Position numbers and translations under genes: made by a program. From positions 108,936,001 through 109,000,000 of the forward strand of contig NC_086108.1 of the NCBI RefSeq assembly GCF_963921235.1: DNA of 64,000 bases, in the 5' to 3' direction. Below are positions 1 through 12,637 of this stretch, piece by piece (positions within the stretch are counted from its first letter, which is position 1; each line of letters opens with the position of its first letter). The DNA is from Mobula hypostoma. Taxonomy: Eukaryota. The notes under the pieces were generated by a model. The model saw nothing but the letters and a program-made list of their open reading frames with translations, was not told where the DNA came from and did not search any database.

Positions 1-304
1 AGTGGCTGGGTTGAGTGAGGAAATTGCTCAATCTTTGTGGTAGTGTACCACCCCAGGGGGGTGGGGGCACATGAGTTGCAACAACCCAAGGAATGTGAGA
101 GAACACAACTGAAAGCAGTGGGTGTGGGTGCAAGAATACTGGGTTTATTCTTGCAAATTTTTTTTATTATGAATAAAGTTTATTTTGTTAAAAACTTATG
201 CCCAGCTGCCCGAAACTTGTTGGTTTTCCACACAGCGAGATGTCCATAAGGAAAATTATTTATCACTGAGATACGGCACGGAACAGGCCAGTCGTGCCAT
301 ACAG

Positions 305-535
305 AAACCCCCAACTAACCCTGCCCTAATCACGGGACAACTTTCAATGACCAATTAACCTACTAACTCATACATCTTTGGACTGTGGGAGGAAACCGGA
401 GAACCCAGAGAAGACCTATGCATTCCATGGGGAGAACCTACAGACTACATACAGATGATGTTGGAACTGAACTCAGAACTCCAACACTCTGGGCTGCAAT
501 AGCGTCACACTAACTGCAAAGAGAGCGTGGTGCCC
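305..535 (-). mobile_element. V-domain (HE1-like) SINE, decayed
   Basis: The reverse complement contains the V-SINE core-like stretch ggttctccggtttcctcccacagtccaaagatgt. Related copies lie at about 1708-2125 (+), 32840-32975 (-) and 43560-43810 (-). Confidence 0.55.
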
Positions 536-949
536 CAAAGCTCTCGATTGGCACAGTCCAGTCTGCAGGTGTACATGCACTGAAACTCGGTACACCCAAA
601 GCAAAGGCTATGTGAGGAAGAACGACAGTGTACACTTCCTCCACCTCTGGTTTTTGAGGATCAGAGGAAACAGAAGTGTTTTTCACCCCAGGGAAACCTC
701 TGTATTGTTGCTACATACAGTATGCAAAAATATTTCTAACACCACTATGCACAGAACTATTTCCCACTGAGTGCTCCATAGCAATACAAAAACCACAAAC
801 AATCAAACAACAAAATGCAAACTATGCCAGATGGAAAATAAGTCCAGGACCAGTCTATTGCCTCAGGGTGTCTGACCCTCCACGGGAGGAGCTGCAAGTT
901 CGATGGCCACAGGCAGGAACGAACTCCCGTGTCGCCCAGGGTTGTATCA

Positions 950-1545
950 CGGTGGAATATGGCCAAAGTCCAACAGTAAAAAGTTCAATATCCGGTCTAC
1001 AAACACGTTCCTCGATCGTAATATGACCCGGATTGCACCATCTGTTGTTAACCAGAACAGTAAGCACCCAACTCCTTAACGTTTACCGCTGTCAGTGCAC
1101 TTTCGGTCAGCCCGAATGGCCTGGAAGCCGTCCATGGAGAAGTTTTGGTCGGGTACGTCCTCGTGCAGCCCCGTTCCAGTGAAACACATAACACTGCACT
1201 CCCGAAATGTTCTCTGACGTCTGGCTAGCACCGTGAACTCGTCCATTTTATTACCCACCGAACTCCTCTTCTCCATAAGTCTCTGTTATCTCGAGCCGGT
1301 CCTCTTTCCTCAACTTTGTGATCCCCCTCTGCATCCTCTGTGTGTTTTCCTCCAGATTTCAGCAGGGGGGTCCGCCGCTCTGTTCGCTAAACCGGCCGGC
1401 ATAAGCGCAATCAGCTGGTCCCTGGAATGAACAATGTGACCATGCTTCTGTCCTGTGTGTCGGGATGTAACTATTTCCAGCACTAAAAACCCAAATAAAA
1501 CTCTCTCTACCAGCATGTTAGAGAGGGTGCAGCTTCGACGTGTTA
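950..1545 (-). mobile_element. Rex1/Babar-like LINE 5' fragment (APE endonuclease N-terminus), degenerate
   Basis: Minus-strand translations SVGNKMDE..ECSVMCFT..GFQAIRADR..SGK and VLVNNRWC..CRPDIEL..PY match the endonuclease start of fish Rex1/Babar-type LINEs; frameshifted. Confidence 0.65.
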
Positions 1546-1707
1546 TCAAACAGTCCTCATATATTAACCCCTTCATTCCTGGAATCATTCTCATTTCCTC
1601 CCTCATCATATGGTTTGGTAGGGTTGTTGGCCAATGTAAATTCTTCCTCATGTGTGGGAGGTAGAATCTGGAGTGAATGAGGGGACCGTAGGACAAATAT
1701 TTTTTTG

Positions 1708-2125
1708 GGCACATGGGTAGTGTAGCAGTTAGTATGATGTTATTGTAGCTTGGAACATTGGAGTTTGGAGTTCAATTCCAATGCTATAGACCATAAGATA
1801 TAGGAGCAGAATTTTGCCTTTTGGCCCATCAAGTCTGCTCCACCTTTCCATCATGGTCTGCCTTCTCACCGTAACCCTTCATGCCCTGACTAATTAAGAA
1901 TCTATCAATCTCTGCCTTATAAAGTCTGTACATCCTCCCCGTGGAGTGCATGAGCTTCCTCCGGGAGCTCTGGTTTCCTCCTACAGTCCAAAGAACCAAT
2001 TCGTAGGAAGATTGGTCATTGAAGATTGTCCTGTGATTGGGCTAGGATTAAATTGGGGGTTTCTGGTGCAGCTCAAAGGGCCGAAATGGCCGGCTCCGCT
2101 CTGTATCACTAAATAAAATAAATAG
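1708..2125 (+). mobile_element. V-domain SINE interrupted by a CR1 3' fragment (about 1787-1920, minus)
   Basis: Decayed tRNA-like head (gagttcaattcc B box), V core cttcctccgggagctctggtttcctcctacagtccaaaga, and an (aaat)n tail. Confidence 0.55.
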
Positions 2126-2179
2126 ATAATTAGCAACACCTAATGTGTAGACCAACCAACAAAAAGTATACAAAAAAAT

Positions 2180-2310
2180 TTGTTCTGATGAAGGGTCTTG
2201 GCCCAGAACATCATCCGTTTATTCTCCTCCATTGATGCTGCCTGACCTGCTGAATTCCTTCAGTATTTTGTGTGTGTTACTCAAGATTTCCAACATCTGC
2301 AGAATCTCTG
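2180..2310 (+). mobile_element. Penelope-derived terminal repeat with decayed hammerhead motif
   Basis: ctgatgaagggtcttggccc followed by gatgctgcctgacctgctga; the same motif ends the Penelope GIY-YIG fragment at 13374-13470. Confidence 0.65.
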
Positions 2311-2317
2311 GAGGTTA

Positions 2318-3994
2318 CCATAAAACCATAGAACCATAGAAACTACAGCACAGAAACAGGCCTTTTGGCCCTTCTTGGCTGTGCCAAACCATTTTCTGCC
2401 TAGTCCCACTGACCTGCACACGGACCATATCCCTCCATACACCTCCCATCCATGTATCTGTCCAATTTATTCTTAAATGTTAAAAAAGAACCCGCAGTTA
2501 CCACCTCGTCTGGCAGCTCATTCCATACTCCCACCACTCTCTGTGTGAAGAAGCCCCCACGAATGTTCCCTTTAAACTTTTCTCCCCTCACCCTTAACCT
2601 ATGTCCTCTGTTTTTTTTCTCCCCTTGCCTCAGTGGAAAAAGCCTGCTTGCATCATTCTATCTATACCCATCATAATTTTATATACCTCTATCAAATCTC
2701 CCCTCATTCTTCTACGCTCCAGGGAATGAAGTCCTAACCTATTCAACCTTGCTCTGTAACTGAGTTTCTCAAGTCCCGGCAACATCCTTGTAAACCTTCT
2801 CTGCACTTTTTCAACCTTATTAATATCCTTCCTGTAGTTTGGTGACCAAAACTGAACACAATACTCCAGATTCGGCCTCACCAATGCCTTATACAACTTC
2901 ATCATAACATTCCAGCTCTTATACTCAATACTTCGATTAATAAAGGCCAATGTACCAAAAGCTCTCTTTACGACCCTATCTACCTGTGACGCCACTTTTA
3001 GGGAATTTTGTATCTGTATTCTCAGATCCCTCTGTTCCACTGCACTCCTCAGTGCCCTACCATTTACCTTGTATGTTCTACCTTGGTTTGTCCTTCCAAC
3101 ATGCAATACCTCACACTTGTCTGCATTAAACTCCATCTGCCATTTTTCAGCCCATTTTTTCAGCTGGTCCAAGTCCCTCTGCAGGCTCTGAAAACCTTCC
3201 TCGCTGTCTACTATACCTCCAGTCTTTGTATCATCAGCAAATTTGCTGATCCAATTTACCACATTATCATCCAGATCATTGATATAGATGACAAATAACA
3301 ATGGACCCAGCACTGATCCCTGTGGCATACCACTAGTCACAGGCCTCCACTCAGAGAAGCAATTCTCTACTACCACTCTTTGGCTTCTTCCATTGAGCCA
3401 ATGTCTGATCCAATTTACCACCTCTCCATGTATACCTAGCGACTGAATTTTCCTAACTAACCTCCCATGCGGGACCTTGTCAAAGGCCTTACTGAAGTCC
3501 ATGTAGACAATATCCACTGCCTTCCCTTCATCCACTTTCCTGGTAACCTCCTCGAAAAACTCCAATAGATTGGACAAACATGACCTGCCACGCACAAAGC
3601 CATGTTGACTCTCCCTAATAAGTCCCTGTCTATCCAAATGCTTGTAGATTCTGTCTCTTAGTACTCCCTCCAATAACTTACCTACTACTGACGTTAAACT
3701 TACCAGCCTATAATTTCCCGGATTACTTTTCGATCCTTTTTTAAACAACGGAACAACATGAGCCACTCTCCAATCCTCCGGCACCTCACCTGTAGACAGC
3801 GACATTTTAAATATTTCTGCCAGGGCCCCTGCAATTTCAACACTAGTCTCCTTCAAGGTCCGAGGGAACACCCTGTTAGGTCCCGGGGATTTATCCACTT
3901 TAATTTTCCTCAAGACAGCAAGGACCTCCTCCTTTTCGATCTGTACAGTTTCCATGATCTCACTACTTGTTTCCCCTAATTCCATAAACTTCAT
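2318..3994 (-). mobile_element. CR1 LINE, 5'-truncated, young (RT domain, frameshift near C-terminus)
   Basis: ORF 2630-3994 has KSPGP, YMDFSKAFDKVPH, PQGSVLGP and FADD; the C-terminus continues in ORF 2400-2591; (TTCTATGG)n tail. Same subfamily as 44871-47270. Confidence 0.95.
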
Positions 3995-4299
3995 GGTTAT
4001 TTTGTATTTTTAAAATTATGAATAAAATTAGTTGTAACATTAAAAAATGTCATCTGTCAGTGAGAGGGACCCTATCTATCCGATTACTCAAGTATGATTG
4101 GAGTCTCTTTCCCAAACACGCCGCCTTCAAGATGGCTACAGTGTGGAGATGATCTGCCAGCACCTTGTAAACTTATGCATGTGACAGGATCGTCTGGAAA
4201 ATGATGCAGGTATCCATATGGAGTTTTATCCTGAGAAGCTGTGTGACAGAGGACTCCACAGTCAAAGGCTTTTCTCAGACACACACATGAAGGCTGATT

Positions 4300-4560
4300 C
4301 TTCGCTTGTGAAGACCAGCAGTGAAGAAGAGTCCTCAGGAGCAATGGCATGTTTGTTGGTGACTGTAGAGGCCAATTCTGGATCTGCGGACTCTGCGGTA
4401 AGGACATGGGTATAGCTGGGATGCGGGTGCTTGGGGAGCAGGATCCTTCCTGCACCTTCTCTTCTCTTGAGTAGTCATTCTTGTAGATTCCTCAAAATTC
4501 TTAGCTGTGCCATGGATCAGCATTCTCCAGCGGTCTCTGTCACAAGCTGCTGCCACTTGT
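4300..4560 (-). mobile_element. RTE-clade LINE 3' fragment
   Basis: Translation CDRDRWR..EKRRCRK..YPCPY..SRIGLYSHQQTC resembles the RTE ORF C-terminus with its C2H2-like finger. Confidence 0.7.
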
Positions 4561-5359
4561 AGAGCTCGATATTTGTCTGAGTGTCAGTGGTCACATAACC
4601 AGGGCTTGTGATATGCACCAGCTACTCATACGACCATCCACCACCTGCTCCCATGGATTCACATGACCCTGATCGGAGGTGGGGGGTGGGGGGAGCTAAG
4701 AAGGTGCTACACCTTGCCTAAAGGTGGCCTGCAGACTAGCAGAGGGAAGGAGCATCTTACACCTCCTTTGGTAGAGATATATTTCCACCCCGCACACAAG
4801 TTTTGTACACCTCTGATAAAATCTCCTTCATTCTCCTGCACCCCCAGGGAATAATGTCCCAACATACTCAACCTTTCCCGGTCAGTCAGGTGACATCTAT
4901 TGAGGGAAATAAATAGTAGATGTATCGTTCTGAGACCCTTGCTGCCTGACCTGCTGAGTTGCTCCAGCATTTTGTGTGTGTTACTCTGGATTTCCAGCAT
5001 CTGCAGAATCTTTTGTGTCTCCCTGAATGAGGCACATTGGTCTGTCTGAAAGACATTAGCGTTACAGTGTAAGGAGATACCTGTAGGTAAATATCGTTGA
5101 TTGGCACGTTCCATCGTGCAGGAAGAAATGATGCTGTGTCCTCTGCAAATCCTGCATTCATAAAGGATTCAAGCAGCATCTATGGAAAAGAGTAAACACT
5201 TGATGTTTTGGGCCAAGGCACTTCATCTGAAAGGTCTCGATCTGAAAAGTTGACAGTTTATTCTTTTCCATAGGTGCTACTTGGCCTGCTGAGCTCCTCC
5301 AGCACTTTAGTGTGTATTGCTTGGATTTCCAGCATCTGCAGATTTTTTCTTGTCCATAG

Positions 5360-5940
5360 AGGATGTAATGCTGAGTCTGTATAAAGCATTTTGTGACCAG
5401 TTTTAGGCCCCTTATCTGAGAAAAGATGTTCTGGCATTGGTGAGGGCCCAGAGGAGGCTCACAAGAATGATCCCAGGAATGAAAGGGTTAACCTATGAGA
5501 AGTATTTGATGGCTCTGGGACTGTCCTCATTGGAGTTTAGAAGAATGAGGGAGTTCTCATTGAAACCTATTGAATATTGGAAGACCTAGGTAGAGTGGAT
5601 ATGGAGAGGATGTTTCCTATAGTGGGAGAGTTTTGTACCAAAGGCCACCACCTCAGAATTTCATGGACAATGCTTTAGAACAGAGATCAGGACAAATATA
5701 TTTCGGCAGAGTGGCGAGTTTGGGAAATTAATTGCCACAGATGGCTGTGGAGGCCAAGAGACTTGGGTATATTTGAAGCAGAAGTTCTTGATTAGTCGGG
5801 GTGTCAAAGGCTATGGGGAGAAGACAGGAGAATGAGGTTGAGAGAAATAATAGGTCAACAATGATGGAATGGCATAACAGACTCAATGGGCCAAATGGCC
5901 CAATTCTGCTCCTATATCTCATGGTCTTACGGTCTCTTGA
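5360..5940 (+). mobile_element. CR1 LINE 3' fragment, old
   Basis: Decayed RR.TRMIPGMKGL..SLEFRRMR region followed by the CR1 3' UTR ggccaaatggcccaattctgctcctat. Confidence 0.8.
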
Positions 5941-6189
5941 TGAGGGGCGAACTGAGGTTTGAAGCAGCCACCGTGAAGGTCTTGCTATCACTGGACACTG
6001 AGGGACAGTGTCTTGTGCAATACCTTCTAAAATATGTTGTGACTGTTTAACCCAATGAGAATGATGATGAAGATAATAATGATTATTGTCATCAGCACGT
6101 ATTTATCATTGTCATATGTACTGAGATATAGTGGGAAGCTATAGCTTGTACAATCCAGATAGATCATTTCGAACATACTGTAAGTACAT

Positions 6190-6400
6190 TGAAAAACACA
6201 ACAAAATGTTGGAGGACCTCAGTGGGTCAGGCAGTTTCTATGGATGGGAGTAACCAGTCAACGTCCTGATGAAGGATCTCAACACAAAACATTGATTCTT
6301 TATTTCCCTCCATAGATGCTGCTTGACCTACTGAGTTCCTCCAGCATTTTCTGTGTGTGGCTCAAGATCTTCAGCATCTGCAGAATCTCTTGTGTGTCTA
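6190..6400. repeat. Penelope-derived fold-back (inverted terminal-repeat pair)
   Basis: Left arm caaaatgttggaggacctcag..ggcagtttctatgga is complementary to right arm tccatagatgctgc..ctgagttcctccagcatttt. Similar structures lie at 5170-5350 and 62260-62450. Confidence 0.65.
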
Positions 6401-6417
6401 CATACATGGAGGTAGCC

Positions 6418-6800
6418 ATCATTATGATTATGTGCCGTGTCATATGACATGGGCAATTATGGTCTTCTGACCATGATTCCTCTTGGCAAACTTTTCTATA
6501 GAAGCGGTTTGCCATTACCTTCTTCGGCGCAGTGTCTTTACCAGATGGGTGACCCCAGCCATTAGCAGTACTCATCTGAGATTGCCTGTCTGTTCGTTTG
6601 GCATTTGGATATGGCCCAAGTGCATCAGTGGTTGCATAACCAAGACGTGATATGCACCAGCTGGTCATACAACCATTCCGCATCTGCTCTCATCGCTTCA
6701 CGTGACCCTGATCAGGGAGCAAAGCAGGTGCTATACCTGCAAAATAGTGGAGGGAAGGAGCGCCTTACATCTCCTTTGGTAGAGATGTATCTCTACCCCA
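6418..6800 (-). mobile_element. Short non-autonomous retroelement with RTE/Bov-A-like 3' end
   Basis: Multi-copy in the window (4580-4795 -, 8955-9060 +, 42826-43215 -). The 3' part has gaagg.aatggcaaacc and an (ATG)n-like tail. Confidence 0.6.
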
Positions 6801-7754
6801 AATTGAGATAATACAAGGAGAAAATGAATCATAATATAGAATGTATATGTATGTATACAATGTATACCAGTGTTGCTGGTATAGTAAAAGCACAGTGCAG
6901 GTATTCAAATATCAAAATTCATCTTTTTAGCATGAGTTTAATAACAGTGGACTAGAAACTGTCTTTGAACCTAGAGCTTCCTGCTCCCTGAATCTTCCTT
7001 TTCTGCCTGATGTAATGAGAGAGAAGGAAGAATATTCGAGGAGCTGGAAGCACCAGGTTCAAGGACAGTTTCTAGCCCACTGTTGATGTTTGACTATATG
7101 CACTGTCTGGGGTGGCTGGGGTCTTTGGTTGTGCTGGCTACTTTCTTGAAGCAGTGAGAACAGTAGAACTCAATGGAGGGGAGACTAGTTTTCATGATGT
7201 GTTCATAATTCCCTACTGTTTCAAGCAGAACAGTTGCCATACCCAGCCGTGATGGATTTGGAATAGTTGCTTGTCTTTGGTGCATCGAGGATGATCAGTG
7301 AGCAGTTGGTGGTTTGTCGGCCATCGGGTGAGAGTTGCAGGGCCTGGACTGCCAGATTCACCAGGTTCACCCGCACCGCCAGGTTTGAGAGCGGTTGTAG
7401 GGCCTTAGGACCTGCACTGCCTGATTCAGGAGCAGTTGTTACCTTATAGCCATTGGGCTCCTACACCTGCTTCACTCGCCTCAGCGTTGAACTGAATCTG
7501 CAGCTTCCAGGGTATCACTTTCATGTATTATTTGTTCACTTTACTATTTGTATGATTTGTGCTGTCTTACACATTGGATGTTTGTCGGTCTTTGAAGTGT
7601 GTGGATTTTTTGAGGATTTTATTGCGTTTCTTTGTTTTGTGGGTGGATGCAAAAAGATGAATCTCAAAATTGTATATGGGTCATTTACTTTGATAATAAA
7701 TTTGAACTTTGAACTATTTCTGTGGTGTTTGAGCTATCACACTGCGACTCTTTG

Positions 7755-8310
7755 ACTTTAGTGAGGTCTAATTTGGAGAATTATGCACAGATTTGGTCAT
7801 CTACCTACAGGAAAGATGTAAATAAGGTTGAAAGAATATGGTGGAAATTTACAATGACGTTGACGTCATTGGAGGATCAGATTTAAAAGGAAAGATTGAA
7901 TAGATTAGGACTTTACTCCTTGGAACGTAGAAAATTGAGAGGAGATTTGATAGAGGTGTACAAAATTATGAAGGGTACAGTACAGGTAGGGTAATTATAA
8001 GCAGGCTTTTTCAATTGAGGTTGGGTGGGACTACAACTAGAAGTCATGGGTTAGGGCTGAAAGGTGAAAAGTTTAAGTAGAATATGAGTAGAAACTTCTT
8101 CAGTCAGAGGGCTATGTGGAAAGAGTTGCTTGTGAGCTCGATTTCAATTTTTGAGCAAAGTCTGGATAGGTACATGGATGACAGGGTATTGGATGGCTAT
8201 GGGCCTGGTGCGGGTCGATGGGAGTAGTCAGTTTAGATGTCTTTGGCATGGACTGGATGGGCCAAAGGCCCTGTTTCCACGCTGTATCTTCAGTGATTCT
8301 ATGACTCTAT
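7755..8310 (+). mobile_element. CR1 LINE 3' fragment, old
   Basis: Decayed LVRSNLENY.QIWS..GDLIEVYKIM region plus 3' UTR. Confidence 0.8.
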
Positions 8311-9055
8311 CCAAGTCTGTAATGGTTTCCATGGACTTGTACTGGAATATGTGTTTCCAAACAGGGCTCACCAGCTGCTCACCAGTCAGCAAGAACCAGC
8401 TAGTGAATGCCTCTGAGCTGTGTATGAGCCATCACTCCAGAATCAAATCTCTTCAGCACTCTACATCTGTACAGAAGTACCTTCTACAACGGAGAATGGA
8501 TGACAGTTCTGTTTGGACATTTAGTTCGATGCTTATCAAACTCACAGAGACTAAATGTAAACTTACAGCTATTGAGGAATGGAGTTAATTTGGACACTAA
8601 GGGATTCTGACAGAGCATAACATGTCTTTGTCGTCATTATAGTTCTAATTTATTATTTACGTAGTTTACAATGACAAAAAAGGTCAATAAGCAGTAAATC
8701 ACTTTTTCCTTCCAGTGTGCCGAGGCAAGGAACAATTAAAAACCAAAGCTGATGGTTGAAAGATTTATGCAGACGGATTATGAATGAGGGCATGCAAATG
8801 ACCTGATGAGTTTTGTTTTGCGCTAAAGACATCCCCATGGAAAGTTTTTTCTCTCTTGGCTGCTCACTGAGCCATCCACGTTAATGGAGACAGTCAATGT
8901 TTTTATAGGGGATTGGTCTGATCGCACTTGGAGTACTGTGTGCAGTTTTGAGCCCATAAGAAGGCAATGACAAACCACTTCCGTGGAAAAGTTTGCCAAG
9001 AACAATCATGGTCATGACAGCATGATCGCCCACGTCAGACGACATGGCACATAAT

Positions 9056-9645
9056 GATTATGAAGACATGTAGTCCTCTTTTATTGTCATTTAGTAATGC
9101 ATGCATTAAGAAATGATACATTATTTCCTCTGGTGTGATATCACAAAACACAGGACAAACCAAGACTGAAAAAACTGACAAAACCACATAATTATAACAT
9201 ATAGTTACAACAGTGTAACAATACCATAACTTGATGAAGAAAGTCCGTGAGCACAGTAAAGTTCAAAGTCTCTCAAATGTCCCACGTCTCACGCAGACGG
9301 GAGAAGGAAGAAAAACTCTCCCTGCCATGCCAACCACAATCCGACTCTGAGTCATCCGAAAACTTCGAGCTCTGATCAGCTCTCCGACACCGAGTACTGA
9401 GCGCCATCTCTGTCCGAACGATTCGACCTCCTCCTCGTCCCCAAAAGCAGGCAAGGCCAGGGATTTTGAGGCCTACCCTCCAAAAGATTCCCGGCCACGC
9501 AGTAACGACAGCAGCGGACGGGCGTTTCAGAAATTTCTGCAGATGTTCCTCTGTGCTTTCACGTCCATTCTCCATCAAATCAGAATTGTCCACGGCCCCT
9601 ATTTAACAGATACGATATGGCACACTGCCATCTTCTCCTCCCGCC
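9056..9645 (-). mobile_element. Non-coding interspersed element (about 0.6 kb), inserted in an old CR1/RTE-tail nest
   Basis: Homologous to 56388-57072 and, at its 3' end only, to 51640-51730 (+). It starts with aagatggc and ends aataaaagaggac. Confidence 0.65.
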
Positions 9646-10344
9646 TTGATGATGATGATATCTAAGAAAATATTTGCCGGCAGTTGAAAGGGTCTAGAGG
9701 AGGTTCATAAAAGTGATTCCAGAAATGAAAGGGCTAATGCATGAGGAGCATTTAATGGCTCTGGGCTTGTACGCACTGGAGTTTAGAAGGATGAAGGGAG
9801 ATCTAATTGAATCCTATTGATTAATGAAAGTCCTACATAGAACGGGTCTGAAGAGGATGTTTCCTCTCACGGGTAAGTCTAAGACCAGAGAGCACAGCTT
9901 CAAAATGGAGGAACGTCCATCTAGAACAGAGATGAGGAGGACGTTCTTTAGCCAGAGGGTGTTGGATCTGTGGAACTGATTGCCACAGACAGCTGTGACA
10001 GCCAGGTCATTGAGTATACTTGAAATGGATGTTGGTAAATTTGTCAGTAATTAGGGCATCAAAGGTTATGGGGAGAAGGCAGGAGAATGGGGTTGAGAGG
10101 GATAATAAATCAGCCGTAATGAAATGGCGAAGCAGACTCAGTGGGCCAAAAGTCCTTGTTCTGTTCCCTTGTCTCATGCTGTTATGATCTATATCTGGAA
10201 CAAACACTAAGCAAACTTCTGGAGGAATGCGACAGGTTGAGCGGCAGCTGTGGACAGAAAGGGATCGTCAAGGCTTCAGGTGGTAATTCAACATCAGGAC
10301 TTTTGCAGTACCTGTCACCACATATTCTGCTTGACAAGTCAGAG

Positions 10345-10424
10345 CAAGGGTTCCCAACCTGGGGTCTACTGACCTCTCAGTTAATGGTAAGGAACCATGG
10401 CATGAGAAAGGTTGGGAACCCCTG
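10345..10424. mobile_element. 80-bp hAT-type MITE
   Basis: TIRs caagggttcccaacct / aggttgggaacccctg; same family as 59362-59441; TSD decayed. Confidence 0.75.
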
Positions 10425-11109
10425 CATTCGAGCATAATACAGGACAATACAGCACTGAAATTATAAGGCATCTGACCACAGTACCAAAAAAGGATTATGT
10501 GGACTGCCAAGAAGACCACTAGGTCTCTCTTCCACCCAGAGCTATTGATCAGGAGCATAGCCAATGATCGCTGTCATCTGTGGAATAATCTTTTGGAACC
10601 ACTCCCATCAGGCAGGAACTCCCGTAGCACTAAGACAAGAACTGTTAGGATGGGAAACAATTTCTTTCCCCAGGCTACAAGACTACTGAACTCCCTGCTG
10701 CCGCCTACGTGTCATCAATTATGAAAAGCCAGTAGTGTTATACTGTTTACTTTTTAACTTGTGTTATAAAGACACCTTATTATTTATTAATAACAATGAA
10801 TTATTATTATTGTGGGTTAGTTACATGTCCTGTGATGTGCACTTTGGTCCAGAGGATCATTGTTTCTTTTGGCAGCATACATGTTGAATGACAATGAACT
10901 TGAACTCGACATGAGGAAAAAGCACTTCGGCCCATCACATCAGGGTTGACCATGATGCCAAATTAATCATAATATCTTCTGTTGGCATGTGACTCTAATC
11001 CCTCCATATCTGCTTCCACCACCACCATTGGCAGCCCTTTCCAACGTTAAACTGTTCGCTGCGACTAACACATCGAGCGTGATTTCTACCGTTTAATCAC
11101 CTGTTAACA

Positions 11110-12060
11110 TGAGGAAGAACACCTTGTACAGTATTGGAGAATCTAGCTGATTATTGACACAAGAGGAAGAAGCCAGAGAGCTGTGAGACAGTTTTGTTGC
11201 ATGTTGGAGGTGGAGAGGGTCAGTCACTTTAAATTCCTTGGCATTGTCATTTCAGAGGATCTGTACTAGGACCAGCACATAAATGCCATTCCAAAGAAAG
11301 CAAGGCATCACCTGCACTTTCTAAGAAGTTTGTGTAGATTTAGCAATTTGGCATGTCATCTAAAACATTGACGAACTTCCATAGATGCACAATGGAAATA
11401 CCATAAGACATAGAAACAGAACTGGTCAGTTTGTCAATTTGGTCAGAAGTGGTCAACTGGTCAATTTGGGCATGGGGTTGAGAGGATTTATTTTCCCTCT
11501 CAACCCCATGCCCTAGCCTTCTCCCTGTAACCTTTGACACCCAGACTAGTCAAGAACCTATCAACCTCCACTTTAAATCTACCCAATGACCTGGCCTCCA
11601 CAGCTGTCTGAGGCAATCAATTCCACAGATTCACTATCCTGGGTATCCTCACTGGTTGCATCACGGCTTGGTATGGAAGCACCAGTGCCCAAGAATGGAA
11701 AAGATTTCAAAGAGTGTTGGATACAGTGCTGTCTACCACAGCTAAAACCCTCTCCACCATTGAGTACATCTACAAGGAGCGCTGCCACGAGAAAGCAACA
11801 TCCATCATCAGAGACCCCCTACATCCAGATCATGCTCTCTTCTCACTGCTCCAGTCAGGAAGGAGGTACAAGACACACAGGAGACTCACACCACCAGGTT
11901 CAGGAACAGTCAGTACCTCTCAAACATCAGGCTCTTGAACCAGCTTAGATAACTTCACTCACTTCAACAATAAACTGATTCCACAACCTATAAGCTCACT
12001 TCCAAGAACTCCACAACTCCACAACTCATGTTTTCAATTTGTTTATTACTGTTAATATTT
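11110..12060 (+). mobile_element. Rex1/Babar-like LINE 3' fragment, interrupted by a CR1 tail (about 11401-11640)
   Basis: VERVSHFKFLG..EDL and KATSIIRDPLHPDHALFSLLQSGRRY motifs. Confidence 0.7.
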
Positions 12061-12637
12061 GCTCTATTATGAATCTTTTGTAATTCTTTGTTGGAATTCA
12101 AGAGCTGCAATCAGTAATGGTAATTACCAAAATGCTGTATTGCTGGGAAGTATTATTTCATTATTATTAAATTTTACTATGGTTTGCTTTGTATACAATT
12201 GTTATTGTTGTTGCTTGTGTTGTTCTTCTATGTTGTGCCAGAATGTGTGGAAACATTTGCAGGCTGAACCCAGCAAATCCTCACGTTTTGTTAGTTGCTA
12301 ACACATACGACACTTTTCACTGTATGTTTCAAAGATTCAAAGTACATTTATTCTCAAAGTATGTGTACAGAATACAACTCTGAGACTCTTCTTCCCGCAG
12401 GCAGCCATGAAACAAAAGAACACCGTGGAACCCCTTCACAGAAAACATGAAACACACAAACTGCACAAATGGCAAAAAGCAAGTGTACAAAACATAGAAA
12501 CACAGAAAACCTACAGCACAATACAGGCCTTTCAGCCCACAAAGTTGCGCTGAACAAGTCCCTACCTTAGAAATTACTAGGCTTACCTATAGCCCTCTAT
12601 CTTTCTAAGCTCCATGTACCTATCCAAAAGTCTCTTA

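Noticed and set aside
37..235. Solo LTR (TGTGG...CCACA with AATAAA)
   Set aside because: No matching TSD was found and there is no second copy in the window.
2318..3994. Segmental duplication with 44871-47270
   Set aside because: The truncation points differ, the flanks are unrelated and substitutions are scattered, so these are independent insertions of one CR1 subfamily.
5081..5142. Possible 62-nt minus-strand exon (ttgcag...CAG/gtatct) in a short unique stretch
   Set aside because: Weak polypyrimidine tract and donor, no recognisable peptide in any frame, and no partner exons.
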